DNA of 64,000 bases from Bacilli bacterium (GTDB lineage Bacteria; Bacillota_I; Bacilli_A; RF39; UBA660), in assembly GCA_017553685.1 (NCBI GenBank), contig JAFZKH010000008.1:3256-67255 (forward strand), in the 5' to 3' direction. Shown here one piece after another: positions 1-8,362 of this stretch. The notes under the pieces are model-generated. The model worked only from the letters and a program-made list of their open reading frames with translations, had not been told where the DNA came from and searched no databases. The first letter of the stretch is position 1; the number at the start of each line of letters is the position of its first letter. The translations under genes and the position numbers were made by a program.

Positions 1-2553
1 GCTGGAGATCCAGATGGAACTGAATATAATGTTGGTAGTGTAGCAAGTACTAAGGCAACAATTAATATAGCTGCTACATTATCAGATCCTGCTCCTAATG
101 GTGCTACAGTAACTGGTACTGGTGATATCGCATTAAGTGTTGGTGATAACAGATTACCAGTAGTAGTAACAGCGCATGATGGTACTACAAAGAAAACATA
201 TTATGTACTAGTTAAGAGATTAAATAGTGCTAAGAACCTAGAAACATTAACAATAACTAGTGATCCTGCTGGTACATTAGATCCTGACTTTGATCCAGAA
301 AAAACAACTTATACATATACTACTGATCCAAATGAAACAGAAGTAACTATTAATGCTACTGTTCCAGAAGGAAGTGGTTCTACAATTCTTTCTGGACCTG
401 GAACATATAATCCAGAAACTACTTCAGAAGTAACAATAGTTGTTAAAGCTGAAGATGGTTCTGAAAAACCATATGTAATTAGTCTTGTTAGAGGACTATC
501 TAGAGAAAATACATTAAATAACTTAGGTGTTACAGGTTATGAATTAAATGAAGAATTTAAACCTGGTGATACTGAATATACAGTAACTATTCCTCATAAT
601 GTAGATAGTATTACTATTACAACTGAAAAAGCTGATAGTAGAGAACAAGTTACTGGTGATGGATTAAAAGAAAACTTAACTTATGGTGAAAACCAATATA
701 ATATTACAGTAACTGCTGAAGATCCAACAGTTGAACCAAAAGTTTATACATTAACTGTTACAAGATCTTATAAGACAGATGCTAATTTATTAGATTTAAA
801 AGTAGATGGAGTTACAGTACCTAACTTCCATGCAAATGATCCTGATGGTACTACATATGATTTAGGTAAAGTAAATAGTGATAAAGAACAAATTGAAATT
901 ACTGCTACTTTATCAGATCCAAGTCCAAATGGTGCTACTATAACCGGTGTTGGTATTAAAACATTACAACAAGGTGATAATACATTCCCAGTAGAAGTTA
1001 CAGCACATGATGGTACTACAAAGAAAACATATTATATTAAAGTAAGACAAAAACTTACTGATAATACTTTAACTGGTATCGATATAATTGCTGATACTGA
1101 AGGAACATTAAGTCCTGAATTTGATCCAACTAAGACAGAATATACTTATACATCTGATCCAGATGAAGATTCTGTAACAATAGTTGCACATCCTGCTGAA
1201 GGAGCTAGTGCTGCTGGTGATGGAGAATTTAATCCTCAAGTTGGTGAAGATGCAACAATAGTTGTTACTGCAGAAGATGGTACAATTAATACTTATGTAA
1301 TCCATGTAGTAAGAGGTAAATGTACTGATGCAACATTAGATGAACTTGGTGTTATTGGTTATGATTTAAATGAAGAATTCAAACCAGAAGATGATCATTA
1401 TACTGTTACAGTTCCAGCAGATGTAGATAAAGTAATAATTACTGCACATGCTGCTGATGCTCCAAGAGCTCAAGTAGAAGGAACTGGTGAAAAGACAGTA
1501 GACTTTGGTTCTAATGTATTTACAGTAACAGTTATAGCAGATGATACAAATGTTACTAAACCATATTATGTTACAGTAATTAGAGAATTAAGTTCTAATG
1601 TTAAATTATCAGACTTAAAAGTAAATGATGAAACTGTAGATGGCTTTGATGAGGATAGACCTTCTTATACATATGGACCTGTTTCTCATGATGTTACATC
1701 ATTAGATGTTACAGCTACTCCAAAGGATAGTAATGCTACTGCTAATGTTAGTGGTAATGATAACTTAACTGTTGGTGAAAATGTAATAACTATTGAAGTT
1801 GTTGCACAAAATGGTGAAAAAGGTTACTATACAATAACAGTAACTAGAGAAGGAAATGATGATAATACACTTAGTGGATTAGAAGTTGAAGGATATACAT
1901 TAGATCCTGAATTTGATCCTACAAAGGATGATGATCACTTTACAGTAACTGTTCCATCAGATGTTGATAGTGTAGTAGTTAATGCTACTCCTAATGATGA
2001 AGATGGAGCTACAGTAACAGTTGAAGGCGCAGATAACTTACAACCTGGTGAAAATACAATAACTGTTACAGTAACAGCTGAAAATGGTGATGAAAAAGTT
2101 TATACAATCACTGTTACAAAAGAAGAAGAACCTGAGGAAGATGAAAAGATTACATCTCATATTCGTATAATTGCAGACGGTATGATTAAAGACGTAGTTT
2201 ATAAGACATTACCTCTAGGATTAAAAGATGAATGCGATAATGATAATGATTTATTATTCATCTATGATAGTGAAGATCAAAATGAAATAGATAATAATCA
2301 ACAACTTGGTACAGGAATGATTATTAAATTAATTAAGAATAATAGAGAAAACGATAGAGATATTATCGTAGTTAAAGGTGAAGTAACTGGAGACGGTGAA
2401 ATAAGAATTAACGACGTAGTTAGAGCAGTATCTGCATATGTAGGAGCTGAAGAACTTACAGGTCCTTGGTTTGAAGCATGTGATATTGCTACTGACGGAG
2501 AAATAAGAATTAACGACGTAGTATCAATCGTTAACCTATATGTTGGAGAATAG
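1..2553 (+). CDS. 5'-truncated giant cell-surface protein: >=8 cadherin-like beta-sandwich repeats, C-terminal dockerin-like module
   Basis: Frame 1 is open from the window edge to TAG at 2551-2553 (the track only lists the last 123 aa from an internal Met). Repeated ~85-aa units fit the cadherin-like beta-sandwich pattern (L..L.V.GY.L.P.F.P....YT.TV......V.I.A......A.V.G.G........G.N.I.V.V.AEDG....Y.I.V.R). The C-terminus carries two duplicated segments, VTGDGEIRINDVVRAVSAYVG and IATDGEIRINDVVSIVNLYVGE, typical of a dockerin pair of Ca-binding loops plus helix. Confidence 0.6.
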   Translation, partial: AGDPDGTEYNVGSVASTKATINIAATLSDPAPNGATVTGTGDIALSVGDNRLPVVVTAHDGTTKKTYYVLVKRLNSAKNLETLTITSDPAGTLDPDFDPEKTTYTYTTDPNETEVTINATVPEGSGSTILSGPGTYNPETTSEVTIVVKAEDGSEKPYVISLVRGLSRENTLNNLGVTGYELNEEFKPGDTEYTVTIPHNVDSITITTEKADSREQVTGDGLKENLTYGENQYNITVTAEDPTVEPKVYTLTVTRSYKTDANLLDLKVDGVTVPNFHANDPDGTTYDLGKVNSDKEQIEITATLSDPSPNGATITGVGIKTLQQGDNTFPVEVTAHDGTTKKTYYIKVRQKLTDNTLTGIDIIADTEGTLSPEFDPTKTEYTYTSDPDEDSVTIVAHPAEGASAAGDGEFNPQVGEDATIVVTAEDGTINTYVIHVVRGKCTDATLDELGVIGYDLNEEFKPEDDHYTVTVPADVDKVIITAHAADAPRAQVEGTGEKTVDFGSNVFTVTVIADDTNVTKPYYVTVIRELSSNVKLSDLKVNDETVDGFDEDRPSYTYGPVSHDVTSLDVTATPKDSNATANVSGNDNLTVGENVITIEVVAQNGEKGYYTITVTREGNDDNTLSGLEVEGYTLDPEFDPTKDDDHFTVTVPSDVDSVVVNATPNDEDGATVTVEGADNLQPGENTITVTVTAENGDEKVYTITVTKEEEPEEDEKITSHIRIIADGMIKDVVYKTLPLGLKDECDNDNDLLFIYDSEDQNEIDNNQQLGTGMIIKLIKNNRENDRDIIVVKGEVTGDGEIRINDVVRAVSAYVGAEELTGPWFEACDIATDGEIRINDVVSIVNLYVGE

Positions 2554-2567
2554 AAAGGGAATAGAAA

Positions 2568-4733
2568 ATGAAGTTAAAAAGAATAATTAATAGTTTAATA
2601 ATTACATTCGTAGCATTATTTGCTTGCCTTTCATCAGTATGTGCTGCTGGAACAGCGACTATGTCGCTTTCCGGCAACAGTTCTGTTGTTAGAGGAAATA
2701 ATATTACATTAACAATTACTGTGGATAATATATCCGGTTCTGTTGATGGAAAAGTATCTGGTATTGGTGGATTTATTAATTTTGATCCTCAATATTTAGA
2801 ATATGTAAGTTACTCAGTAGTGGATACAGATAACTGGGGTAAATCAATTAAAACAACTAATATTGCAAATGGTTCACTTGGTAAATTTGCAGCATATGAT
2901 AGTTCAGGTGAAACAAGTAAATCAGGTGGTATTGCAAAAGTTGTATTTAAAGCATTAAAAACTGGTTCTACAACACTATCATTTAGTAGTGCTGAAGCAT
3001 CAGATAAAGGAGCAAATCTTTTAACTGTAACTACTCAAAGTAAAACAATTACAATTAATGATCCTGCTCCAGTATTAGATAGTGATTCTAAATTAAAGAG
3101 TTTAGGAGTAACTGGATATACACTTAGTCCTACATTTAATTCAAATACTAAGGCATATACAACAACTGTTCCAGAAGGAACTGAAAATGTAACTATAACT
3201 GCTCAATGTAATAGTTCAAAAGCAACAGTAGATCCAAATTCAATTGGTCAAAAATCATTAACTGGTGATGCAACAACATTCACTGTTAAATGTACTGCTG
3301 AAAATGGAACAAGTACAAATTATACTGTTACAGTAAATAGAGAAAAACATGTTGAACCAGAACCAGAGCCTACAAAGAGTAGTGATTCAAAATTAAAGAG
3401 TTTAGGAATGTCTGGTTATGATTATAGTCCTAAATTTGATCCTGATACTTTAACTTATTCAATGACTGTTTCTAATGGTATTAAAGGATTATATGTACAA
3501 GCTGTACCTAATGATCCAAAAGCAACAGTAGACATTGAAGGTGATAGTAAATGGGATGTTGGAAAGAATACAGTTAAAATAACAGTTACTGCAGAAGATG
3601 GTAGTAAAACTGTTTATAAAGTTAACGTAACAAGAGAGAGTGAAAAAGTTAAATCAAGCGATAAAAATGTTGATTTCAAAATTTATTCACCTCATACAAT
3701 AGAACCTCAATTTTCAAATGATAAAAATGATTATGAGGTTACAGTACCATATGATATTACAAAATTAGATTTAAGTGTAATACCATATGATTCAAAAACA
3801 AAAGTATCTATTAGTGGTAATGGAAAATTTACTACTGAAGGTGATAATAAAGTAACTATTAAAGTTACTGCAGAAGATGGTTCTGTTAGAACTATTACTC
3901 TTAATGTTAAGAGATCTGAATATAAAGCTAATACTGATTTATTAGATTTAAAAGTTAAAGATTATGAAATGAGTCCTGTATTTAAAGCTAGTACAACTAA
4001 CTATAAAGTTACAGTTCCTCATAAAGTAAGAAAAGTAACAGTATTAGTTAAAGCTCCTGAAGGTGCAACTTATAAAATAACTGGTAATAGGAACTTACAA
4101 GTAGGTAATAACGTAGTATTAGTTAAAGTAACTGATAAGAAAGGATTTACTAAGTATTATCAAATTGATGTTACTAGAAAGAAAGGATTTAATTTCTTTG
4201 GACTTGGTTTAATACCATTCCTAATTATCTTATTCTTATTATTAATATTATTACTACTATTATTATTACTGCTAAGAAGAAGAAAACGTAAAAAAGAAAG
4301 AAGAGCAGCTGCTTTAATAGCAAAAGAATCATCTGATGATGATACTGTTAAACAAGAAGCTCCAGTTCATATTGATTTTAAACCTGAATTTAACTTCAAT
4401 TCTAAAAATGGAACTGATGATGATGTTGTATACTCAAGCGGTTCAATGATTAATGGTATGGATGAAAAGAAACTACTAGATAATCAAGAAACAGTTGTAG
4501 ATGCTAAATATGATATCTATGATGATGTTGTTACTAAAGATGAACTAGTAGATGCATTAAATGAAGGAATAAGAACTAAGAATGTTGATAAACTTCAAAT
4601 GCTACTTGATCAAGAAAACCTTAATCGTAAGAAAAAAAGAATGAAAAGAAAAGCAGAAGAATCAGAATCAAATGATTATGAACCAGAACATGTTGATAAA
4701 TCAGATGATTATGATGATTTTGATATAGAATAG
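2568..4733 (+). CDS. membrane-anchored scaffold-like protein: signal peptide, cohesin-like domain, 5-6 cadherin-like beta-sandwich repeats, TM helix, acidic cytoplasmic tail
   Basis: RBS AAAGGGA. The N-terminus MKLKRIINSLIITFVALFACLSSVCAAG is a signal peptide. Residues ~30-170 (ITLTITVDNISGSVDGKVSGIGGFINFDPQYLEYV...GIAKVVFKALKTGSTTLSF) follow the cohesin type-I pattern (FxYDPxxLE; GxFAxIxFxxxxxGxxxIxF). The repeats LKSLGVTGYTLSPTFN...YTVTVNR are cadherin-like. LIPFLIILFLLLILLLLLLLLL is a TM helix followed by RRRKRKKERR, then a D/E-rich tail. Confidence 0.6.
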   Translation: MKLKRIINSLIITFVALFACLSSVCAAGTATMSLSGNSSVVRGNNITLTITVDNISGSVDGKVSGIGGFINFDPQYLEYVSYSVVDTDNWGKSIKTTNIANGSLGKFAAYDSSGETSKSGGIAKVVFKALKTGSTTLSFSSAEASDKGANLLTVTTQSKTITINDPAPVLDSDSKLKSLGVTGYTLSPTFNSNTKAYTTTVPEGTENVTITAQCNSSKATVDPNSIGQKSLTGDATTFTVKCTAENGTSTNYTVTVNREKHVEPEPEPTKSSDSKLKSLGMSGYDYSPKFDPDTLTYSMTVSNGIKGLYVQAVPNDPKATVDIEGDSKWDVGKNTVKITVTAEDGSKTVYKVNVTRESEKVKSSDKNVDFKIYSPHTIEPQFSNDKNDYEVTVPYDITKLDLSVIPYDSKTKVSISGNGKFTTEGDNKVTIKVTAEDGSVRTITLNVKRSEYKANTDLLDLKVKDYEMSPVFKASTTNYKVTVPHKVRKVTVLVKAPEGATYKITGNRNLQVGNNVVLVKVTDKKGFTKYYQIDVTRKKGFNFFGLGLIPFLIILFLLLILLLLLLLLLRRRKRKKERRAAALIAKESSDDDTVKQEAPVHIDFKPEFNFNSKNGTDDDVVYSSGSMINGMDEKKLLDNQETVVDAKYDIYDDVVTKDELVDALNEGIRTKNVDKLQMLLDQENLNRKKKRMKRKAEESESNDYEPEHVDKSDDYDDFDIE

Positions 4734-4783
4734 TTGTATTTTAATAATAAAATTGCTATAATTATATTAATAGGAGGTAACTT

Positions 4784-5206
4784 ATGGGAAAGAAGAAACT
4801 TATAATAATTATATGTGGTGCAGTATTAGCTGTTGCAGCTATAGCTACATTAGTAGTTCTAGGTGTTAAAGGAGTATTTACTAGTAACGAAAAGAAACTT
4901 AATGCTAATTTAACTACTTTAGGAAAACAATTCTATGAAGATTTCTATTATCCAAGCCAAGAAAAGTCTCAAGAAGATGTTAAAGAATTTATTAAAAAAT
5001 TCGAAAAGACCGGTATTAAAGTAAATCTTGAAAACATTGCTAAAGTTAGTAAAGTAGATCAAGAATTAGTTAAGTCTATGGTTAATAGTAAAACTAAAAA
5101 AGAATGTGATAAGACTGCAAGTTATGTAATTATTAAACCAACAAAACCATATGGTAAAACTGATTACACAATTGAAGTAAATCTTGATTGCGGATTTGAA
5201 AAATAA
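4784..5206 (+). CDS. small N-terminally membrane-anchored protein, hypothetical
   Basis: RBS AGGAGGT. A single N-terminal TM segment LIIIICGAVLAVAAIATLVVLGV. No recognisable domain. Confidence 0.4.
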   Translation: MGKKKLIIIICGAVLAVAAIATLVVLGVKGVFTSNEKKLNANLTTLGKQFYEDFYYPSQEKSQEDVKEFIKKFEKTGIKVNLENIAKVSKVDQELVKSMVNSKTKKECDKTASYVIIKPTKPYGKTDYTIEVNLDCGFEK

Positions 5207-5212
5207 TAATAA

Positions 5213-5246
5213 AAAATGATAGGTAAATACCTATCGTTTTTTTTAT
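5213..5246 (+). terminator. rho-independent terminator
   Basis: Stem GATAGGTA / TACCTATC followed by TTTTTTTT. Confidence 0.6.
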
Positions 5247-5277
5247 TTAAATGATATAATTTATAAAGGTGATATAT

Positions 5278-5538
5278 ATGAAATATATTATGATTAGTGC
5301 ATTATGGTGTCCTGCATGTATTATTACTAACTCTGCTATGGATAAAGTAGTAGAAGAAAAACATATTGATGTAGAAAGATTAGATTATGATTTTGATGAT
5401 ATATCTAAATATAATGTAGGAAGAACTTTACCTGAAATAATAGTATATAAAAATGATATAGAAATAGGTCGTATTATAGGAGAGAAAAACTATAAAGAGC
5501 TATTAATGGAGATAGAAAAGTATGAAGAAAATAATTAG
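5278..5538 (+). CDS. thioredoxin-family protein (CPAC active site)
   Basis: RBS AAGGTG 7 nt upstream of an ATG at 5278. WCPAC motif in a ~85-aa Trx-like protein. No signal peptide. Confidence 0.55.
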   Translation: MKYIMISALWCPACIITNSAMDKVVEEKHIDVERLDYDFDDISKYNVGRTLPEIIVYKNDIEIGRIIGEKNYKELLMEIEKYEENN

Positions 5539-6730
5539 ACTATTCATAATAACTTTATTATTATTTATTCCTGCTTTTAAAGGGGTAAAAGCCCTTGATA
5601 TTTACCTATTTTATAGTGATACATGTCCTCATTGTAAGGCAGAAGAAAAGTTCTTAAATTCATACCTTAAATCAAATGAAGATATAGTACTTCATACATA
5701 TGAAGTAACTAATAATAGTGATAATGCTAAACTATTAGAAGTAGTATCTAAAGATATTATGGGAAAGAGTGCTATAGGAGTTCCTTATACTGTTATAGGG
5801 GAAAAAGTTATATCTGGTTATATGGATGATTCAACTACTGGAGAAGAAATTAAATCTTATATAAATATATATAGAAGTCAAGAATTTACTGATAGAGTAG
5901 GAGAATATATTAAAACTGGAAAAATAATTAAAAAAGATGAACCAGTTGAACCTAAGAAAAAAGATAATAAAGTATCATTTAAAGTATTTGGTAAAAAAAT
6001 AACTGTTAATCCTAGAACAGTTTCATTACCACTTATATCAATAGTACTTGGTTTAGTAGATGGTTTTAATCCATGTGCTATGTGGATATTACTTTTCTTA
6101 ATAACAATGTTATTTAATATGAAAGATAGAAAGAAAATGTGGATCTTAGGATTAACATTTATACTTACTTCAGGACTAGTTTATTTGGCATTTATGTTAT
6201 CTTGGTTTAATATAGCATCATTTGTACCTAAACTATCTTTATTAAGATTTATAGTAGCTATTGTGGCTTTAGCAGCAGGTATATTTAATATGAATAATTA
6301 TATTAAATCTTTATCTAAAGATGATGGTTGTGAAGTAGTAGATGATAAGAAAAGAAAAAAGATTATAAATAGAATTATAAAAATTACATCTAGTAAGAAA
6401 TTTATATTTGCTTTACTTGGAATAATGTTATTAGCTGCTACAGTTAATTTAATAGAATTAATGTGTTCTATAGGTATACCATTAATATTTACTCAAATAT
6501 TATCTATGAATGATTTGCATGGTTTTAAATATATGATTTATATGTTTATATATATAGTATTCTTCTTATTAGATGATATATTAATATTTGTTATATCTAT
6601 GAAGACTTTAAAGGTAACAGGTATATCTACTAAGTATACTAAATACTCTCATTTAATTGGAGGAATTATTATGCTTATAATAGGTATTTTAATGCTTTTA
6701 AAACCAGAATTATTAATGTTTAATTTTTAA
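5522..6730 (+). CDS. thiol:disulfide interchange protein: exported thioredoxin domain fused to a CcdA/DsbD-type transmembrane domain
   Basis: N-terminal signal/anchor, then YSDTCPHCKAEEKFL (Trx CxxC). The polytopic C-terminal half has the CcdA/DsbD-beta signature cysteines (FNPCAMW; LMCSIGIP). It overlaps the upstream trx gene, suggesting translational coupling. Confidence 0.6.
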   Translation: MKKIIRLFIITLLLFIPAFKGVKALDIYLFYSDTCPHCKAEEKFLNSYLKSNEDIVLHTYEVTNNSDNAKLLEVVSKDIMGKSAIGVPYTVIGEKVISGYMDDSTTGEEIKSYINIYRSQEFTDRVGEYIKTGKIIKKDEPVEPKKKDNKVSFKVFGKKITVNPRTVSLPLISIVLGLVDGFNPCAMWILLFLITMLFNMKDRKKMWILGLTFILTSGLVYLAFMLSWFNIASFVPKLSLLRFIVAIVALAAGIFNMNNYIKSLSKDDGCEVVDDKKRKKIINRIIKITSSKKFIFALLGIMLLAATVNLIELMCSIGIPLIFTQILSMNDLHGFKYMIYMFIYIVFFLLDDILIFVISMKTLKVTGISTKYTKYSHLIGGIIMLIIGILMLLKPELLMFNF

Positions 6731-6808
6731 TAAAAAATATTGTTAAAATACTTTACAAAATAAGGGAAAATCATATATAATTAAGTTATAAGATAGGAGA
6801 CGAAAGTT

Positions 6809-7465
6809 ATGGGTAACAGATTTGATTATAATGAAGAAGAAGTAATGAAGATATTAAGTGATGCAACTAAAACTGATGAAGAAAAAAAATCAGCTTTTGA
6901 CTCTTATAAAGCTAACTTATTATCAGAAAGAAAAAATGAAATATTAAATAGATTAAATGAATGTGCTAAAGAGAATCCAATGATTACTCAAGAAAAATAT
7001 GTTACTATGTTAAAAAAATATAGTAATGATAATCTTGAAATTCCATTTGATTCTATAGTAGCTGATATAGAAGCATTTGATAAAGAAATGAAAGAAGAAT
7101 ACAATAAGTATTTAGAAGCAGAAAAAGCCAAAGAAGTAGCTCCAACACCTGTTGAACCAGTTGTAGAACCTACTCCTGTTGCTCCTATTACTCCAGTATC
7201 TGAACCAGTATCTGCACCAGAAGTTGATGAAAAGCCAATTAATATAGAAATCAACCCTAACAGTTTTGATGAAGATATTGTTCCAGATGTTACTCCATTC
7301 TCAAATACTGTTGAAGCTAACCCAATCTTTAGTGATAACCAAAAAGAAGTTAATCCTAGCGATTCTAACGATGGACAAAAAGGTAATGCAAATGCAATTA
7401 TTATTAGTATTATTACAATAATAATTGGTATTGTAATTATGTATTCTATAATTAGATTAAAATAA
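6809..7465 (+). CDS. hypothetical tail-anchored protein with PVEP-type proline-rich linker
   Basis: RBS AGGAGA. A helical N-terminus, a P/V/E-rich linker (PTPVEPVVEPTPVAPITPV), and a C-terminal TM ending ...IIRLK. Confidence 0.4.
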   Translation: MGNRFDYNEEEVMKILSDATKTDEEKKSAFDSYKANLLSERKNEILNRLNECAKENPMITQEKYVTMLKKYSNDNLEIPFDSIVADIEAFDKEMKEEYNKYLEAEKAKEVAPTPVEPVVEPTPVAPITPVSEPVSAPEVDEKPINIEINPNSFDEDIVPDVTPFSNTVEANPIFSDNQKEVNPSDSNDGQKGNANAIIISIITIIIGIVIMYSIIRLK

Positions 7466-7492
7466 AAAACATCATTAAGATGTTTTTTTATT
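7466..7492. terminator. bidirectional terminator hairpin
   Basis: AAAAAACATC attaa GATGTTTTTTT lies between convergent genes. Confidence 0.5.
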
Positions 7493-8048
7493 TGAATTTA
7501 TCCATATTAATTATATTTATTTTATTAGATACATTTGGGTAATAAGTAGAGAATACAAAATCAAATGTAAATATTGTAAGAAGTATTATAACTATTGTTA
7601 ATAATACTTTTTTATTATATTTATCTATTATCTTTTTAACTAGAGGAACTAGTTTATATATTACTAGTAATCCTGCAAGTCCGAATGCTATTGAATATGG
7701 TAAACATATTTTACCATTAATATTAAATGGTTTATTTGTATAATTCCACCAAGACATACCATAAGTGTATTCTAAGTATGTGCTTGTTAAATACTCTGAC
7801 ACAGTACATATAACAAATGATCCCATAAATATAAACCACTTTTTATCTCTATATTCATATAAAAGAATATATATTAAGAATGCTCCTGATCCATATATAG
7901 GTAGCCATGGACCATGCATTGTTCCACTGTTGATTAGATTACCATTCTTCATAAATTCCCAAAGAACTTCCCAAAACCAACCAATGAAACAACAAATTAA
8001 GAAAAGTAGGTTATATTCTATAAATTTATTTGTTCCATTCTTTTTCAT
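7488..8048 (-). CDS. polytopic membrane protein, GPxLPIYG-motif family (possibly the 'putative ABC-transporter type IV'/CmpB-like family)
   Basis: The longer tracked ORF runs through tRNA-His. An internal start ATG at 8048-8046 is preceded by AGGTGG at a 4-nt spacing (MKKNGTNKF...). It shares GPWLPIYG-type and surrounding motifs with the paralog at 10988-11668. Confidence 0.45.
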   Translation of the reverse strand: MKKNGTNKFIEYNLLFLICCFIGWFWEVLWEFMKNGNLINSGTMHGPWLPIYGSGAFLIYILLYEYRDKKWFIFMGSFVICTVSEYLTSTYLEYTYGMSWWNYTNKPFNINGKICLPYSIAFGLAGLLVIYKLVPLVKKIIDKYNKKVLLTIVIILLTIFTFDFVFSTYYPNVSNKINIINMDKFK

Positions 8049-8126
8049 GTAACCACCTATAAAAATTATATCATAAATTACTTGTATATTTAAAAAATAT
8101 GTGTTATATTTAATAAGTAATTTCAT

Positions 8127-8203
8127 GGCGGAATTGGTGAAGTGGTTAACACGGCAGATTGTGGCTCTGTTATGCAAGGGTTCGACTCCCTTATTTCGCC
8201 CCA
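8127..8203 (+). tRNA. tRNA-His (anticodon GTG)
   Basis: Manual cloverleaf: acceptor GCGGAAT/ATTTCGC; anticodon stem GCAGA/TCTGT with loop TTGTGGC; T-arm AAGGG-TTCGACT-CCCTT. An encoded G-1 (8127) pairs with discriminator C73, which is diagnostic for tRNA-His. The 3' CCA is encoded. Confidence 0.85.
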
Positions 8204-8212
8204 TTTGAAAAA

Positions 8213-8238
8213 ATCGAACCAATAGGTTCGTTTTTTTT
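8213..8238 (+). terminator. rho-independent terminator after tRNA-His
   Basis: CGAACC aata GGTTCG followed by TTTTTTTT. A second hairpin AAGGCAT/ATGCCTT plus TTTTATT lies at 8245-8268. Confidence 0.6.
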
Positions 8239-8279
8239 GTATTTAAGGCATTATGCCTTTTTTATTGCAAAAAAAGTTA

Positions 8280-8308
8280 TGTAGTAAAATTGTAGTATTT
8301 TTGTAGTT
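8280..8308 (+). repeat. three phased direct repeats TGTAGTA/TGTAGTA/TGTAGTT with 11-bp period, abutting a promoter
   Basis: Copies at 8280-8286, 8291-8297 and 8302-8308. They sit immediately upstream of the -35 TTGACA (8314-8319). Confidence 0.5.
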
Positions 8309-8313
8309 TTCTA

Positions 8314-8342
8314 TTGACAAGCAATTTTTATGGTGATATTAT
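8314..8342 (+). promoter_or_regulatory. sigma-A type promoter (TTGACA-17-TGaTATTAT, extended -10)
   Basis: -35 at 8314-8319 and -10 at 8337-8342 with TG at -15/-14. It lies 20 nt upstream of the RBS GAGGTGAGG of the RHH-NUDIX gene. Confidence 0.5.
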
Positions 8343-8362
8343 CTAGTCAAGAGGTGAGGAAA

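Noticed and set aside
1108-1305. Short antisense ORFs inside large genes (for example 1108-1305, 6988-7254, 8392-8607, 10345-10563, 11697-11957, 12534-12764, 15130-15327, 15841-16038, 20770-21018, 32407-32775, 32827-33096, 41953-42147, 42742-43014, 46428-46649, 47898-48266, 48655-49522, 55361-55579, 57637-57873, 58906-59130, 60804-60998)
   Set aside because: All lie fully within, and antisense or out of frame to, much longer ORFs with clear homology or strong RBSs. They are Ser/Ile/Phe-rich low-complexity translations typical of the reverse strand of AT-rich coding DNA, and none has a convincing RBS.
2391-2524. Near-identical 30-nt direct repeat (ggtgaaataagaattaacgacgtagt x2)
   Set aside because: It corresponds to the two duplicated Ca-binding segments of the dockerin-like module, an expected internal repeat of the domain rather than an independent element.
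4200-4330. ttattattactactattattattactgct run, possibly a microsatellite
   Set aside because: It encodes the poly-Leu/Ile transmembrane helix and the RRRKRKK stop-transfer of the cohesin scaffold. It is in frame and functionally explained.
7765-8052. Plus-strand 95-aa ORF overlapping the minus-strand membrane-protein gene
   Set aside because: It lies entirely inside the better-supported minus-strand GPxLPIYG membrane-protein gene and has no RBS or domain.
7488-8222. Long form (244 aa) of the minus-strand membrane-protein ORF
   Set aside because: Its 5' extension runs straight through the tRNA-His gene and its terminators. An internal ATG at 8048 with an AGGTGG RBS gives a sensible 186-aa membrane protein instead.
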